A DNA stretch of 63,420 bases, filler included, from Olpidium bornovanus S191 (taxonomy: Eukaryota; Fungi; Olpidiomycota), in the NCBI GenBank assembly GCA_017911155.1. It is 30 parts of 30 records of this genome, joined end to end, with 100 filler letters (N's around TTAATTAATTAA, not from the genome) between each part and the next. Parts side by side here need not be neighbours in the genome. Positions count along the whole stretch, not along the records: positions 22,152 to 23,555 come from JAEFCI010009641.1; positions 23,656 to 26,264 come from JAEFCI010000868.1; positions 26,365 to 27,379 come from JAEFCI010003142.1; positions 27,480 to 30,236 come from JAEFCI010013476.1; positions 30,337 to 31,744 come from JAEFCI010009156.1; positions 31,845 to 34,507 come from JAEFCI010007031.1; 24 more parts are not named here. One strand, written 5' to 3'. The notes under the pieces were generated by a model, which made no database searches, had not been told where the DNA came from, and worked only from the letters and a program-made list of their open reading frames with translations. Position numbers and translations under genes: made by a program. Below are positions 22,152 through 33,006 of this stretch, one piece after another; position 1 is the first letter of the stretch; the number at the start of each line of letters is the position of its first letter.

Positions 22152-22654
22152 ATTCCCGTCTCGATGGTTTGTCGTCCTTCCCATCGTCGTCCCTCGATGG
22201 CTGGTCGATTCATGTGTGGTCGCTTGTTGCTTTCGATCTGCTTACCTTGCATTGAGCAGCTGCCGAGTCGTCATCGACCAGCGCACGTTTTCATCGACCA
22301 GCGCAAGTTTTGTCCCCGTCGATGAGCTCCCGTCCTGCTAGTACGCTTTTCCCTCCCGGGCAAAAGGGAGATGACGGGCTGGGTTTTTGGTGCGGCTGGC
22401 TTCCCCTTCTGCCTCCATTTTTTTTCTTTTTTCTCTCTCTCCTCGCTCGTCCCCTCGTCGACCGCCTCTGTCGTCGTTCCGTCCCCCGTCGATTGATACC
22501 GCGCGGGGACGCGCATCTCCGTAAAGGGGGGGGATTGTAGTGTGCCTCGACATCGACTGGCACGTGACCTGTACCTTTATAACCAGTTGGGCCCCCGGGC
22601 ACACCTGAATAGACTCCGAAGTCCAGCCCTTCCTTCCTTCGACGTCCCACTACA
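22152..22654 (+). mobile_element. 3' part of a small non-coding LTR element (TRIM-like): PPT plus 119-bp LTR at 22536-22654
   Basis: AAAGGGGGGGGAT then TGTAGTG...CACTACA (7-bp terminal inverted repeat), followed by CATG. 114/119 identical to the reverse complement of 34928-35046. Confidence 0.85.
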
Positions 22655-23178
22655 CATGCCAGAACGGCGGAGGAGTTGACCAGGAAGACGGTGCGTTTGA
22701 GCAGAACGTGACGGAGAGTCTTCTCACCTCATTCGGTGAGACATCGACCGAAAACCCCGCGGATATGTACCTGCAGACATTGTCCACCAGGAGGCGCCAG
22801 GAGCGTATTGATGAATTTGCGCTGGACATGGCGCATACGTACCGTCAATACGGTATGGCCAAGGGTTGGGATGTGGCTGAGCGTCGGCGCAACAAGCTGG
22901 TCATGCTCATTCCACAGATTGTGAAGAACTTACCGGTAAAGGTCTGGAGTGTGCTCCAAAGTCATGTGGAGTACTCCTACGCAGAAGCGCGGGAGCTGCT
23001 GATCCAGCGGGTCGAGCAGTTGAGGGTTGAAAACGACCCTACAGTGCGAGATGCACTGGTAGCAGGAGCTAATGATGACCCTGCTGATCGTTCGCGCACA
23101 GGAGACAAACGGGAGCGCGCCGAGAAGGTGGAAAGAGTAAACAAGCTTTGTCCGTTCGAGCTCGAGGAGCGGGGCTGA
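22655..23178 (+). mobile_element. gag-like ORF remnant (C-terminal half)
   Basis: FEQNVTESLLTSFG..NPADMYLQTLSTRRRQERIDEF..LPVKV fits a retrotransposon capsid pattern and lies between two LTRs. Confidence 0.55.
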
Positions 23179-23199
23179 TGCCGCAAAAACCATGTATAC

Positions 23200-23555
23200 T
23201 GTTAGTTATTGGCCGGAACCCCTGCATGTTGCAGCCGTAGTTCCTTCCTACCGCTTCCGGGCACAGTGATTTTTTCGCCCCTCCCGCAACTCCGAAATAA
23301 AACAACAGGTTATGAGCCCAACAGACTGCCACTGTCCGTGAGCACCGCCGTCTTCCCCAGCACGCTCCATCATCCTCCTAAGAAGAGGAGCGCCGCCGCC
23401 ACTGCGCGCGCAGCAGAAGAAGAGGAACGCCATCCGTTGGCGCCGCCGTTGCGCGCAGAAAGCGAGCCGGAAGGAGAGCCAGAAGGAGCAGAGGAGAAGG
23501 AGTGCGCCGTTCGTCGACGCAGCGGAAGAAGGCGCGCGCCATCCGTTGGCGCCGC
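23200..23555 (+). mobile_element. Copia-type 5' LTR (108 bp, 23200-23307), PBS GGTTATGAGCCC (23308-23319) and leader
   Basis: TGTT...AACA termini, then a PBS matching the Ty5/copia half-tRNA-iMet type. Confidence 0.8.
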
Positions 23556-23655
23556 NNNNNNNNNNNNNNNNNNNNNNNNNNNNNNNNNNNNNNNNNNNNT
23601 TAATTAATTAANNNNNNNNNNNNNNNNNNNNNNNNNNNNNNNNNNNNNNNNNNNN

Positions 23656-23927
23656 GGATTGGTTTCCTGCAGCTTGCCTAAAGCGCCTTGAGTCACAATG
23701 ACGACGCCTTCAATACCACTATCACGCACTAAAGTATTACTACCAAGTCCTAACCAAGTCACTGGCATACTGGTTGGTAAAGAACGTAAAAAAGCCGATA
23801 AATCTTCTAAATCTGCCGGGATATATAATAAGTCAGCAGGACCGCCAATGCGCCACGAAGTATGATTCGATAAAAGCTCATTTTTTAATACTTTGCCTCG
23901 TAGGTCGATCGGCATGTCGATTATCAT
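23656..23927 (-). CDS. murB: Bacterial UDP-N-acetylenolpyruvoylglucosamine reductase, N-terminal fragment
   Basis: LRGKVLKNELLSNHTSWRIGGPADLLYIPADLEDL..WLGLGSNTLVRDSGIEGVVI. No intron, AT-richer than its neighbours, start overlaps the murC stop (ATGA). Confidence 0.95.
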
Positions 23928-24055
23928 GTCGTTGCCTCTTTTAATGAGGTAGCGGCTAAACGAGCCGCTAAGGCACCAATGTTTCCTGCGCCTTGCATGA
24001 GCAATACATCGCCTGGCTGTAATTGACGAGCAAACAAATCGGGCAACATATCATG
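23924..24055 (-). CDS. murC: Bacterial UDP-N-acetylmuramate--L-alanine ligase, last ~43 codons only
   Basis: HDMLPDLFARQLQPGDVLLMQGAGNIGALAARLA. Recognisable homology stops at CATG 24052-24055. Confidence 0.88.
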   Translation of the reverse strand, partial: HDMLPDLFARQLQPGDVLLMQGAGNIGALAARLAATSLKEATT

Positions 24056-25791
24056 GCCACCATCCACTGCTGAATTAGCTGGGAGCTGGCCACGTCTGCC
24101 CAATTGCGCGCCTCCTCCTCCTGCGTTGCATCGACCACCATCCGAGAGCATTCGGGAGCAGCGGTCTTCCAAGGTTGTCCTCCCTTAGCAAGTTTCCGGA
24201 CTAGTGCTGGCATGTTGTCAGGCGCCACCCCACCGACCAGCGGTACAATGGTGGTTTTAACCTTCTCGTCGATGAGTTCCGTGCAAGAAAGCAGTGCGAA
24301 GGCACAAAGTAAGGCCCGTGTCATGTGCTCAACTGCCTGCTTCCACGAACCGGTGACACTGTTGAACACAGCGAGGAATTAATTCCGTAAATCTTTAACG
24401 CTGCAAAATGGGACGGGAGATGAATCAGACAAAAAGAACGACATTATAACTTCCTAGTACTAGGGATCTGGTATTGAAGTACTACAAGCCTGTAGGAAAT
24501 ATGCTGGGAGCAATAAGCACTTCGCAAACGGACAACAGCGGACAACGGCGGCGGCGGCCTTGGCGGCATGGCGGTGGCAGGGACCATGGCGGGCATGGCG
24601 GCATGGAGGCGGCGGCGGCCATGGCGGCATGGCGGGCTCTCTCTCTGTGCTGCTGGTCTCCCATGGCCTCTCCCCTCCCCTGCTTTCTCTGCCAAGCTCT
24701 GCTGCTGGGATTCCCGCTTTTTTTGGCGCTTTTGAGAGCCAGGGAGTTCTTTTGTGTTGTCTTGGCTGGGGAGGTCTCGGGGGGGGGGGACCCGTCGTCT
24801 TAGGCGTATCACGTGACAAGTAGAGCGAGCGGATGTTTTTTTTTTTTTTTTTTTTTTGGTCCGCCCCCGGGGGCCCGCGGCCCGCCCACCGGCCGGCAAC
24901 CCGAAACGCCGCAACACGGGGAAGAACAACAACCCCACCGCCGCGGCGCGAGAGGCCACGACGAGCGGCGGCCAAGGCCAGAGGCGAGGGAACCAGACGA
25001 GGGGCTCCTGCCGCCCGTATCTGGGAGGAGGGCGAGGCCGACTGGAAACCGCGTGTTGTCGGAGCGCAGGATAAGGAGAGTGTTGTGGCTTCCGGCCACG
25101 AAGGCTCCGAGGAACGAAAAACCCAGCCCGTAGCACTGCGAGGCCGGAGCAGTCCAGACCACGAAGATGGTGAGTCTCCTTGGCCGAAAGCGGCGTCCGC
25201 CGCCGCCTGCGCGGCGAGGGCAGGAACGATGGAGCGCCGCCGCCCAGGGCCGTGGAAAGGCCGCGAACCGTCCTCTCCTCGTCCGCGGGTCACGGTTGGC
25301 GTTCGAGATGCCGGCAGGCCTTTTGGAGGCGTCGCGTTTTCGCGCTTATGGGGACCAGGTACAGGAGTGGACGCATAACCCGAGCGGTGGCCGACGCGAC
25401 CGGCATCGACGGCGGTTTGGACAATCTCAACGGTTGGCGCAAATCCCGCCTTGCAAACCACGGGATCCTTGCAAACCACGAGATACGGCTGTCTGTTCAG
25501 GGCAACTCCGTGGGGGCGCGGAGCGTTTTTTCTCGTGTTCCCGGTTTGTTCCGAACCGGTGGAACAGTTCAGAATGAGAGATACACACAGTGGGAAGAGG
25601 CCACGAAAACTCGGGAGACTTCAGCTGTTGCTTGGAAGAAGAGACCGCGTCAGGATGGCCGCTCGCCCAATATGGCCGAAAAGTAGTCGCCGCGAAAACA
25701 AGCAGTGTCGGCGAACGCCAAATGGATTTTCTTATCATTTGTTTTATCTGCTTCCCTTTTGCACTACCACCCTACTTTTCTTTTCACTCAG

Positions 25792-26118
25792 GCGCTCTCG
25801 AAAGGCTCGAAGATGCTCTCGCTCATCAATTATCGCCTGCGCGTCACGCTGGCAGACTCGCGCGTGCTGACGGGTCAAATGCTGGCGTTTGACCGCCACA
25901 TGAACCTTGTGCTGGCCGACTGTGAGGAATTCCGCCGTATAAAGCCCAAGTCTAGTGCCAAGGCTAAGGAGGGTGGCGGTAGCCAAGCGGTTGATGCAGA
26001 GGAGAAGAGAACCCTTGGCCTTGTCATTCTCCGCGGGGAAAACATAGTTTCGCTCAGTGTTGATGGCCCTCCCCCACCGACCCACGAAGAGCTTAAAGCT
26101 AGGGCGACGGTGGGTTAA
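25792..26118 (+). CDS. SNRPB: snRNP core protein SmB (main exon; first exon not resolved)
   Basis: [74 protein letters not shown]. Confidence 0.95.
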   Translation, partial: ALSKGSKMLSLINYRLRVTLADSRVLTGQMLAFDRHMNLVLADCEEFRRIKPKSSAKAKEGGGSQAVDAEEKRTLGLVILRGENIVSLSVDGPPPPTHEELKARATVG

Positions 26119-26364
26119 AAGGAAGGGGGCCAAGGCGTGTTCGGAAAGTGGGGGGAATTGTGTTGCGCTTTAGCTCCTCGTTTTTGTCCCATCACAAATC
26201 TGACTGGCGGCCTCATTCTACACACCATTTTAGGCAGCAGGTGTGCCCGGTGGGGTTAGGCCCCNNNNNNNNNNNNNNNNNNNNNNNNNNNNNNNNNNNN
26301 NNNNNNNNTTAATTAATTAANNNNNNNNNNNNNNNNNNNNNNNNNNNNNNNNNNNNNNNNNNNN

Positions 26365-27270
26365 ACGTTTACCTGTCGGACGCAATCAAGCAGGCGATGG
26401 ACGATCTCCTCCTTGCCGAACGAGACAACCACTGATATCTGCGAATAGATTTGGAGTTATAACCCATTCCGACCTTGAACCCATGCCAACCCCGCGTATA
26501 CGCGGGGGGCAGTGGGGGGCACGTACGGGGGCCTCGATTCTAGCACACAGAGAAGCAGCTTCTGCATGCGTGTGCGCAGGTGCGTCTCGCCGCCGCTCTC
26601 CTCATCCCCCTCCTTCGTTCCTTTCCCCCCCCCCATCCCCCCCCCCCGCTTTTTTATTTTTTTTTTTACCTGATTGCTGGCCCTGGGTCTCTTGCCCAGC
26701 GTCAGCGGCACGACACTGGTTTCCCAGCCGGTTTCCAGCCCCTCCGGCACGTCGCGCGGCAGGGGGAACTCAAATAATTTCTGCCCGTCGGCGCCGCCGC
26801 CGCCGCGCTGCTCTGGCAGGAAGCTGTGGTGGTTGTTGGGGACGTCGGCGGCGTTCGGTCCGTTGAAGTCGAAGACGTCCGACCAGCAGTTGTTCCACAC
26901 AGACAGCCGGGCGTCCGAGAACTGGCCGCGGAGCGAGGGATAGAAGAACTGAAAGCAGCCTTCGCCGGCGGTCCGCGTTTTTCCACCGTTTTGCGGGAGT
27001 TTTTTTTTTGTCGGGGGGAGGAGGGGGGGAGGCCGCCGACAACAAGTACGCGGGATGATCGACCGTTGCAGGTAAGTGGTGCCGGCCACAGGCGCGTAGA
27101 GCAAGCGCTACCTTTTCACAACAGAGCAGCTTTTTTTTTTTTTTTTTTTTTTTACTTGGGTTTCACCTAGTCTGATTCCGGTCGAAGTTTCGATGATCGG
27201 CTGGGGGAGGGTGTACAGGTGCACGTCGATGTTTGTGCAGTCTCGCAATCTCCAGATGATACAATTCCCG
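26365..27270 (-). CDS. RP2: RP2/XRP2 (TBCC-domain ARL3 GAP), internal exons
   Basis: RLRDCTNIDVHLYTLPQPIIETSTGIRL|GCFQFFYPSLRGQFSDARLSVWNNCWSDVFDF..SVVPLTLGKR matches RP2 ([51 protein letters not shown]). Confidence 0.9.
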
Positions 27271-28397
27271 TTTCAAGCACAGACGCCGGGAAGTCAGCTA
27301 TTCGCAGTTAGCGTAAAGAAAAGCCGTCTCACGTCTCTCAATGCGAGATTAGTGCGAGAGAGGCAGAGCGACAAACATGNNNNNNNNNNNNNNNNNNNNN
27401 NNNNNNNNNNNNNNNNNNNNNNNTTAATTAATTAANNNNNNNNNNNNNNNNNNNNNNNNNNNNNNNNNNNNNNNNNNNNCATGTTGTTTGCGCAGCTTCC
27501 CGATACAGATTCAGACTGACGAGAGTATACTGTCTACGTATCTCAAAGGCTTACCCACTGTTTTCCGTGAGAAGTTGCTCTTTCTTTCATAGGCATACTC
27601 TTCGTGACACAGTGAATACCACAATGCGCATCGCTCAGAACGTTATATGGCCAAAGGATCGTCAACCAAAGGCGAACAACCCAGAGACAGGAGGCGGCAA
27701 CCGCCGCAAAGGTAAAACTAGCGATACACATACTAAACCTGATCCAAGCATACCAAACCACCACAGAACCCAGTTTAAACTCGGCGTGCTTTTTCAGACC
27801 GCGTCAACGCACGTCTGACACATCATCCAACATGACGGCAATTATCGCGAGCACCTGTATGTCTCCTTCCACTTCTACTGGAACCTCGTCACACGTGCTG
27901 ATATCCTCAACTCTGTCATCAAAAGAACGCCTTCCTCAGCTTCTCTGGGCCCCTCCTCCTGTCCATAATATCTCTATTCCGGGGCTGTCCGCGCATCTGG
28001 GCGGCCAGCCTTTTTCGCGGCGGCGGTATTGGGAACAGCTGCCACCCCGGCAAAGAACTCTGCAACTGAGAGCTAGTAAAGGCCACTCCTGAGTAAGGTA
28101 CCAGTTCAGCAAGCTGCCTATTACAGTTTTTCACCCTCGAAGCACCGAGCAGAGTTGCCTTTCAAGTTGCTTGAGCCTGCCACGCTCTGCTCAGCTGACG
28201 GTGTGTTGTTGTTGTTCCTCGTTCTGTGGTCGCCCACCTCCCACGCAAGAAGCAACTGGTTCACGTCACGTTTCGTGTGGGTAGTGTGGTGCCCTTCATT
28301 CGGTGTCCGCTATCCACGTGACCAGGGTCTTGCTGCTAACCTTCGGGGGCGTGCACCCGGGCGTTTCCTTGCGCGCCCGGCGATTTCCGCAGACGAT

Positions 28398-28420
28398 TTC
28401 GGGATGTGCGCCCAAGTCCG

Positions 28421-28507
<87 letters not shown>

Positions 28508-28986
28508 CGGTGTCCCGCGCGGAGAGAGGGGGCGGAACGGGAGAGAGAGGGGAAAAGCACGGGGCGCGCTATTATAGAATTTTTTTTCAGGAGTGGCGCG
28601 GCTGACAGGGGCGTGTGACCCCTGCCGGGAAAACACTGTCGGACGTCGCCCCCACCCGCCCCGCCCATTCTCTTGTCTTCTGGGGTGAGGGGGATGAACC
28701 CCGGCAACAGGACAGAGCAAGGAAAAGTGCGCGCTTGCGACTGGGCGCTGCAAGTGGCATCATCGGCCCCCTCCGCCCCGTCCTCCTCCTCCTCCCTCCT
28801 CCTCCCTCCTCCTCCCACCTCCTCCTTCCTCCTCCCACCTCCTCCTTCCTCCTCCTGCGTTCGCGTGGCGGCTCTGCTGGCTGGGTCCCCCAATTCTCTT
28901 CCTTCCTCTCTCCTCCTCCCTCTTCTTCCTCTACCCTCGCTTTCCTCGGGACGCTCTAACCCCGTTCCTCCCCCTTTTCTCCCCTT

Positions 28987-29081
<95 letters not shown>

Positions 29082-29281
29082 TTTCCCCCCCCCCCCCCCC
29101 CCCCCCTTCCCCCCGGCCCCCCCCCCCCCCCCCCCTATTTCCCAAGTCTCTCTCTTCTCCCCGGGCACCAAGCACCGCTCCCCTCGCGCGCCCGGAACGA
29201 ACGCCCTTTCACACGCCCCACCACACGCTCGCACGCACGCACGCACGCAAAAGCACCCCGTCTTTTATCTCTCTCCTCCTC

Positions 29282-29340
<59 letters not shown>

Positions 29341-29400
29341 TCCCCTCACCACTCTTTCTCTCTGCTCTCCCTCTCTCGTTTTCTCTCTTTGTCTCCCTCC

Positions 29401-29449
<49 letters not shown>

Positions 29450-29650
29450 GCTCTTTCATTCTCCGCCTCTTTCTCTTTTCCGCGCTGCTCTCAGTCGCTC
29501 GCTGTCTCCTCCGCCGCCGCCGCCGCGTGCGCGAGCCGGTCCACTCGCCGGCGCCTCCCTCCCCCCCCCCCCCCCCCCCCCCCCCCCCCGCGGCGCCCCC
29601 CCCCCCCCCCCCCCCCCCGCCCCCCCCCCCCCCCCCCCCCTCCCCTCTCA
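28398..29650. repeat. Long poly-G and poly-C tracts, (GCAC)n and (CT)n microsatellites upstream of the G-alpha gene
   Basis: G run about 28420-28507; C runs about 28987-29135 and 29559-29645; CT repeats about 29285-29445. Homopolymer lengths are unreliable. Confidence 0.9.
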
Positions 29651-30011
29651 CCCCGTGTGGTGTGCGGCTGACCCGCGTCGGCAACCGCTCCCTCCTCCCC
29701 GTCGCGCCGACCCGCGCGCAGGAAAGAAAGAAGCAAAACGAAAAGAAACGAAGAGAACTGGAGAATAAGACCCCTCCTCCGCTCCGGAGTCTTTTGCCAG
29801 CGAAAAAACCCTGCTCCCCCCATACAGGGGCCTCCGATCGCCCGATCGAGCGACAGTACTGAAAAGAGCTGCTGACGGCGCGCCGCGGAGTGGAAGAGAC
29901 ACGGCTTGCTGCGCCCGCCCGCCCCTCCCGAACCGTCCAACCGCCGCCCGGCCTTTTCTCCCAGAACGCTGCCTTTCCAGCGGCGGCACAGCCCAAGCGG
30001 CAAAGAAAAAC

Positions 30012-30130
30012 ATGGGGGTCTGCGTGTCGAAACAGGACGAGGAGGACAAGATCTGGAACGCTCAGATTGACCGCATGCTTGAGGAGGACGGCCGGAGGCT
30101 GAAAAAGGATTGTAAAATCCTTCTGCTGGG
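30012..30130 (+). CDS. Heterotrimeric G-protein alpha subunit, exon 1
   Basis: MGVCVSK (myristoylation/palmitoylation motif)..NAQIDRMLEEDGRRLKKDCKILLLG, followed by a GT donor. Confidence 0.92.
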
Positions 30131-30879
30131 TGCGTCACGAGTGGCATTTGTCGCGCGCACGCGGGGTAACCTCGGCGACATCTTTCCGGCGAAATCTTGC
30201 AAATCCACCCCCCCTACCGTGTATCCCTACCCCTTCNNNNNNNNNNNNNNNNNNNNNNNNNNNNNNNNNNNNNNNNNNNNTTAATTAATTAANNNNNNNN
30301 NNNNNNNNNNNNNNNNNNNNNNNNNNNNNNNNNNNNGCAAGCTGTGCGTTGGTTTATTCGTACGCGAAGAAGTAATAATAGTAGTACAACATTGAGGGGT
30401 TCCAACCAGAAGCGAAAGGGGGGAAGGGAATGATAGAGGGAACTAGGAAATTCATGCAATACTCCTCCTCAATGTTTTCAAATGAAAAGTCCCATGAAAG
30501 AAGAATGCATCGACCAGAATTTCAACAATGTGAAAACTATCTATGTCGCCTTCATCTCAATAGTCGCCAAATGACGGCTCAGGACTTGCGGCCCCACTAA
30601 CTTGGTCATCATGTCTGCCGCATTGCCTTCGGTCGGGACGTATTCCAGTTGTATCTTTCCTGAAGCAACCGAATCTCGCACAAAATGAAGAAAAATATTG
30701 ATATGCTTTGTGCGATTGTGATGAACAGAATGCTTGCTGAATGCCAGACATCCTTGATTATCGCATAGTATCGTGATTGGTCCTTCAGCCTTCCCTGTAA
30801 TCTCCTCCTTCAGCATGTAGAACCACTGTCCATCCTTCACTGCTTCCGCAAGAGCGATATATTCTGCTTCAAGTGTGCT

Positions 30880-31624
30880 TGTGACAAGCGCGCAGCACTG
30901 TGGCAGGGCCTTCGAATGGCGCTGCACAGTGGCACGGCCCTCAAATGGCGCTGCACAGTGGCACGGCCTTCGAACGGCGCTACACAGTGGCACGGCCTTT
31001 GAATGGCGCTGCACAGCCTTCAAACGACGCTGCGCTGTGGCACGGCCTTCAAACAAACACCACGAAAGGCGGCAGCGGTCGAGAGGCGTAGGCGGACGAA
31101 AGGGCGAGGGACGAACGAGGAGGCGGAGACCGAAGCAGGTTCGAGGGCAAGACGGCCCCCGAACCCGGGGGCCTACCAATGGAATAAATCCTCCTCAAAG
31201 CTCGCCAATCGAAGAACTCTCCCCCTTTTTTCTCCCCAACGCCACACGCGGAGGCGCCCCGCCTATCATCGTCCCCTCCCTGGGTGAACAATACTGCCCG
31301 CCAACCATCGTTCCCCCCCTGGGCAAACGATACCGCCCGCACGCGTACAAAAGCCCGGAGCCCCGCGTGGTAACCACGATTGCGCGGGAAGGGACCAGAC
31401 GCACCGCGTCGACAAAACGCGACATCGAAGAACGAAGCTGGCCGTCGACCGGCCTTCTGCTCGAGGTCGACGGGCATAAATAGCGTCCCTTCAGCTCCGT
31501 AGTTCGACTTAAAAGCAAATTTTTCTCTTGTACTTCCGACAGTTTCGAAAGCTGAAGTACAGCAACCCCGAACACGCAATAAAAAGTCGTTTGCTTCAAC
31601 GCTTCTCGCTTTTCGCGTGTTACA
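30880..31624. mobile_element. Solo LTR (745 bp) with 5-bp TSD GTGCT
   Basis: TGTGACA...TGTTACA termini; GTGCT at 30875-30879 and 31625-31629. Related to 4838-5481. Confidence 0.9.
30890..31053. repeat. 29-bp minisatellite inside the LTR (about 5.5 copies)
   Basis: Consensus GCGCTGCACAGTGGCACGGCCTTCGAATG, head-to-tail with no spacers. Confidence 0.9.
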
Positions 31625-32690
31625 GTGCTTTGGGCAACACACTGTTGTCGTTTTGCACTCCAAGTCACTGCAGCTCCATATGCGATTGTGACCAGTCCAG
31701 AGATTGACTTGCGATCAACTTGATTTCCGGCCCAGTCGGCATCCNNNNNNNNNNNNNNNNNNNNNNNNNNNNNNNNNNNNNNNNNNNNTTAATTAATTAA
31801 NNNNNNNNNNNNNNNNNNNNNNNNNNNNNNNNNNNNNNNNNNNNCCGGCCCGCCCCCCCCCCCCCCCCCCCCCCCGCCGGGGGCCCGCGGCGCCACCCCG
31901 GCCGCCGCCTGGGGCCGTCCCCTTTTCCCCCCCCACGCCCCCCCCCCCCCCCCCCCCCCGAGAACAAAATTGTCAACTTGTCCTTGAAACCCCCCCCCCC
32001 CTTCTCCCCCCACCCCACCGGTCCCAACATCCTCTGACCTTCCACCCCCCATTCACCGGCCGCCAACTTCAGTGGAGCCTCCGCACGCGCGACTCTGCTT
32101 TTCGAACAACCCCGGATTCGCGCGGCCGGCGTGACATCCCTCTGGCGCGGACCAGGTCCACGTCGGCAGGCGGCTACAGCCGCGGAGCTGTCCCGACATT
32201 TCCGGAGTTCGTCTCGGATCATCGCCTCGTCGTGCACTTTCCGGAGCGCACGTCTCCGTCTGGCGACCCGCGACCTCGTGTCCCCGCCGGGGTCAACATC
32301 CACCAGCGATGTCCGCCGCCGGTGTATCGAGCGGTTTCTTCACCTGTCCCTCCTGCACACCGGGGAGCGCGGTGACCGGCAGGTCCCTCATCGCGGGAGG
32401 TGACCACGACTTTCCGGAGCAAAGAACCCTCCGTATCCAGATCCTTTGAAAAAAAAAAAAAACCGAAAAAAATACCGGCGATCCACGAAGGAGCCATTCA
32501 TCCCATAGAGAAGTCGAAAAATCCGCAACCCCCTCTTTCCCCACCAGATACGCTGGATCATTTCTCGAAAGGGGCCTTTGGTTTCTGGTGCTTCGAACGA
32601 CAACAAATCGAACTGCATGTATTGTGTGAAAGCAATCAAAAGCAGTCCGTCCGGCCCTGAGTCACCTGGAGGGGTCAAAGTGCTGCCAAG

Positions 32691-32726
<36 letters not shown>

Positions 32727-33006
32727 AGAGAGAGAAAAAGACGCACACCTGGGTGCTCCTCTTCTCCCCACTCGCGCTTTTTTCGCTCCAGAGGCACTTC
32801 CGGGTGGCGGCACCATTCCCATCGCGACCGGCGGCGCGCTCGCTGCAGAACACCTGACCTGCGGGCCCTTTTTGACTTCTTGCTGGCCGAGGGCGAGCGA
32901 GGGGCAGACGAAGGAAGGGAAGTGGGGGAGGAGGGGGAGGGGGGGGGGGGAGGGCGGGGGAAGAGGGGAAGAGGGCGCGGCCGCAGCGGTGCCCACAAGC
33001 CGACCG

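Larger units (their letters stand above)
30541..31744 (-). mobile_element. Ty1/copia RNase H region split by a solo LTR
   Basis: DADWAGNQVDRKSISG..WSAKRQQCVAQST | LEAEYIAL..ILCDNQG..RTKHINIFLHFVRD..NAADMMTK. The motif is rejoined when 30880-31624 and one TSD are removed. Confidence 0.93.

Noticed and set aside
23656-26264. murB/murC as a functional fungal peptidoglycan pathway next to SmB
   Set aside because: Only fragments, no introns or eukaryotic signals, and the join is at a CATG. A chimera or contaminant is more parsimonious; kept as a finding only in that sense.
28336-29862. Long poly-Gly/poly-Pro ORFs (formin- or extensin-like) and potential G-quadruplex clusters
   Set aside because: They arise from G/C homopolymers of unreliable length, probably inflated by sequencing or assembly, and carry no conserved domain.
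30890-31053. 29-bp repeats of CRISPR-like length
   Set aside because: Head-to-tail with no unique spacers, no cas genes, and located inside a TSD-bounded solo LTR.
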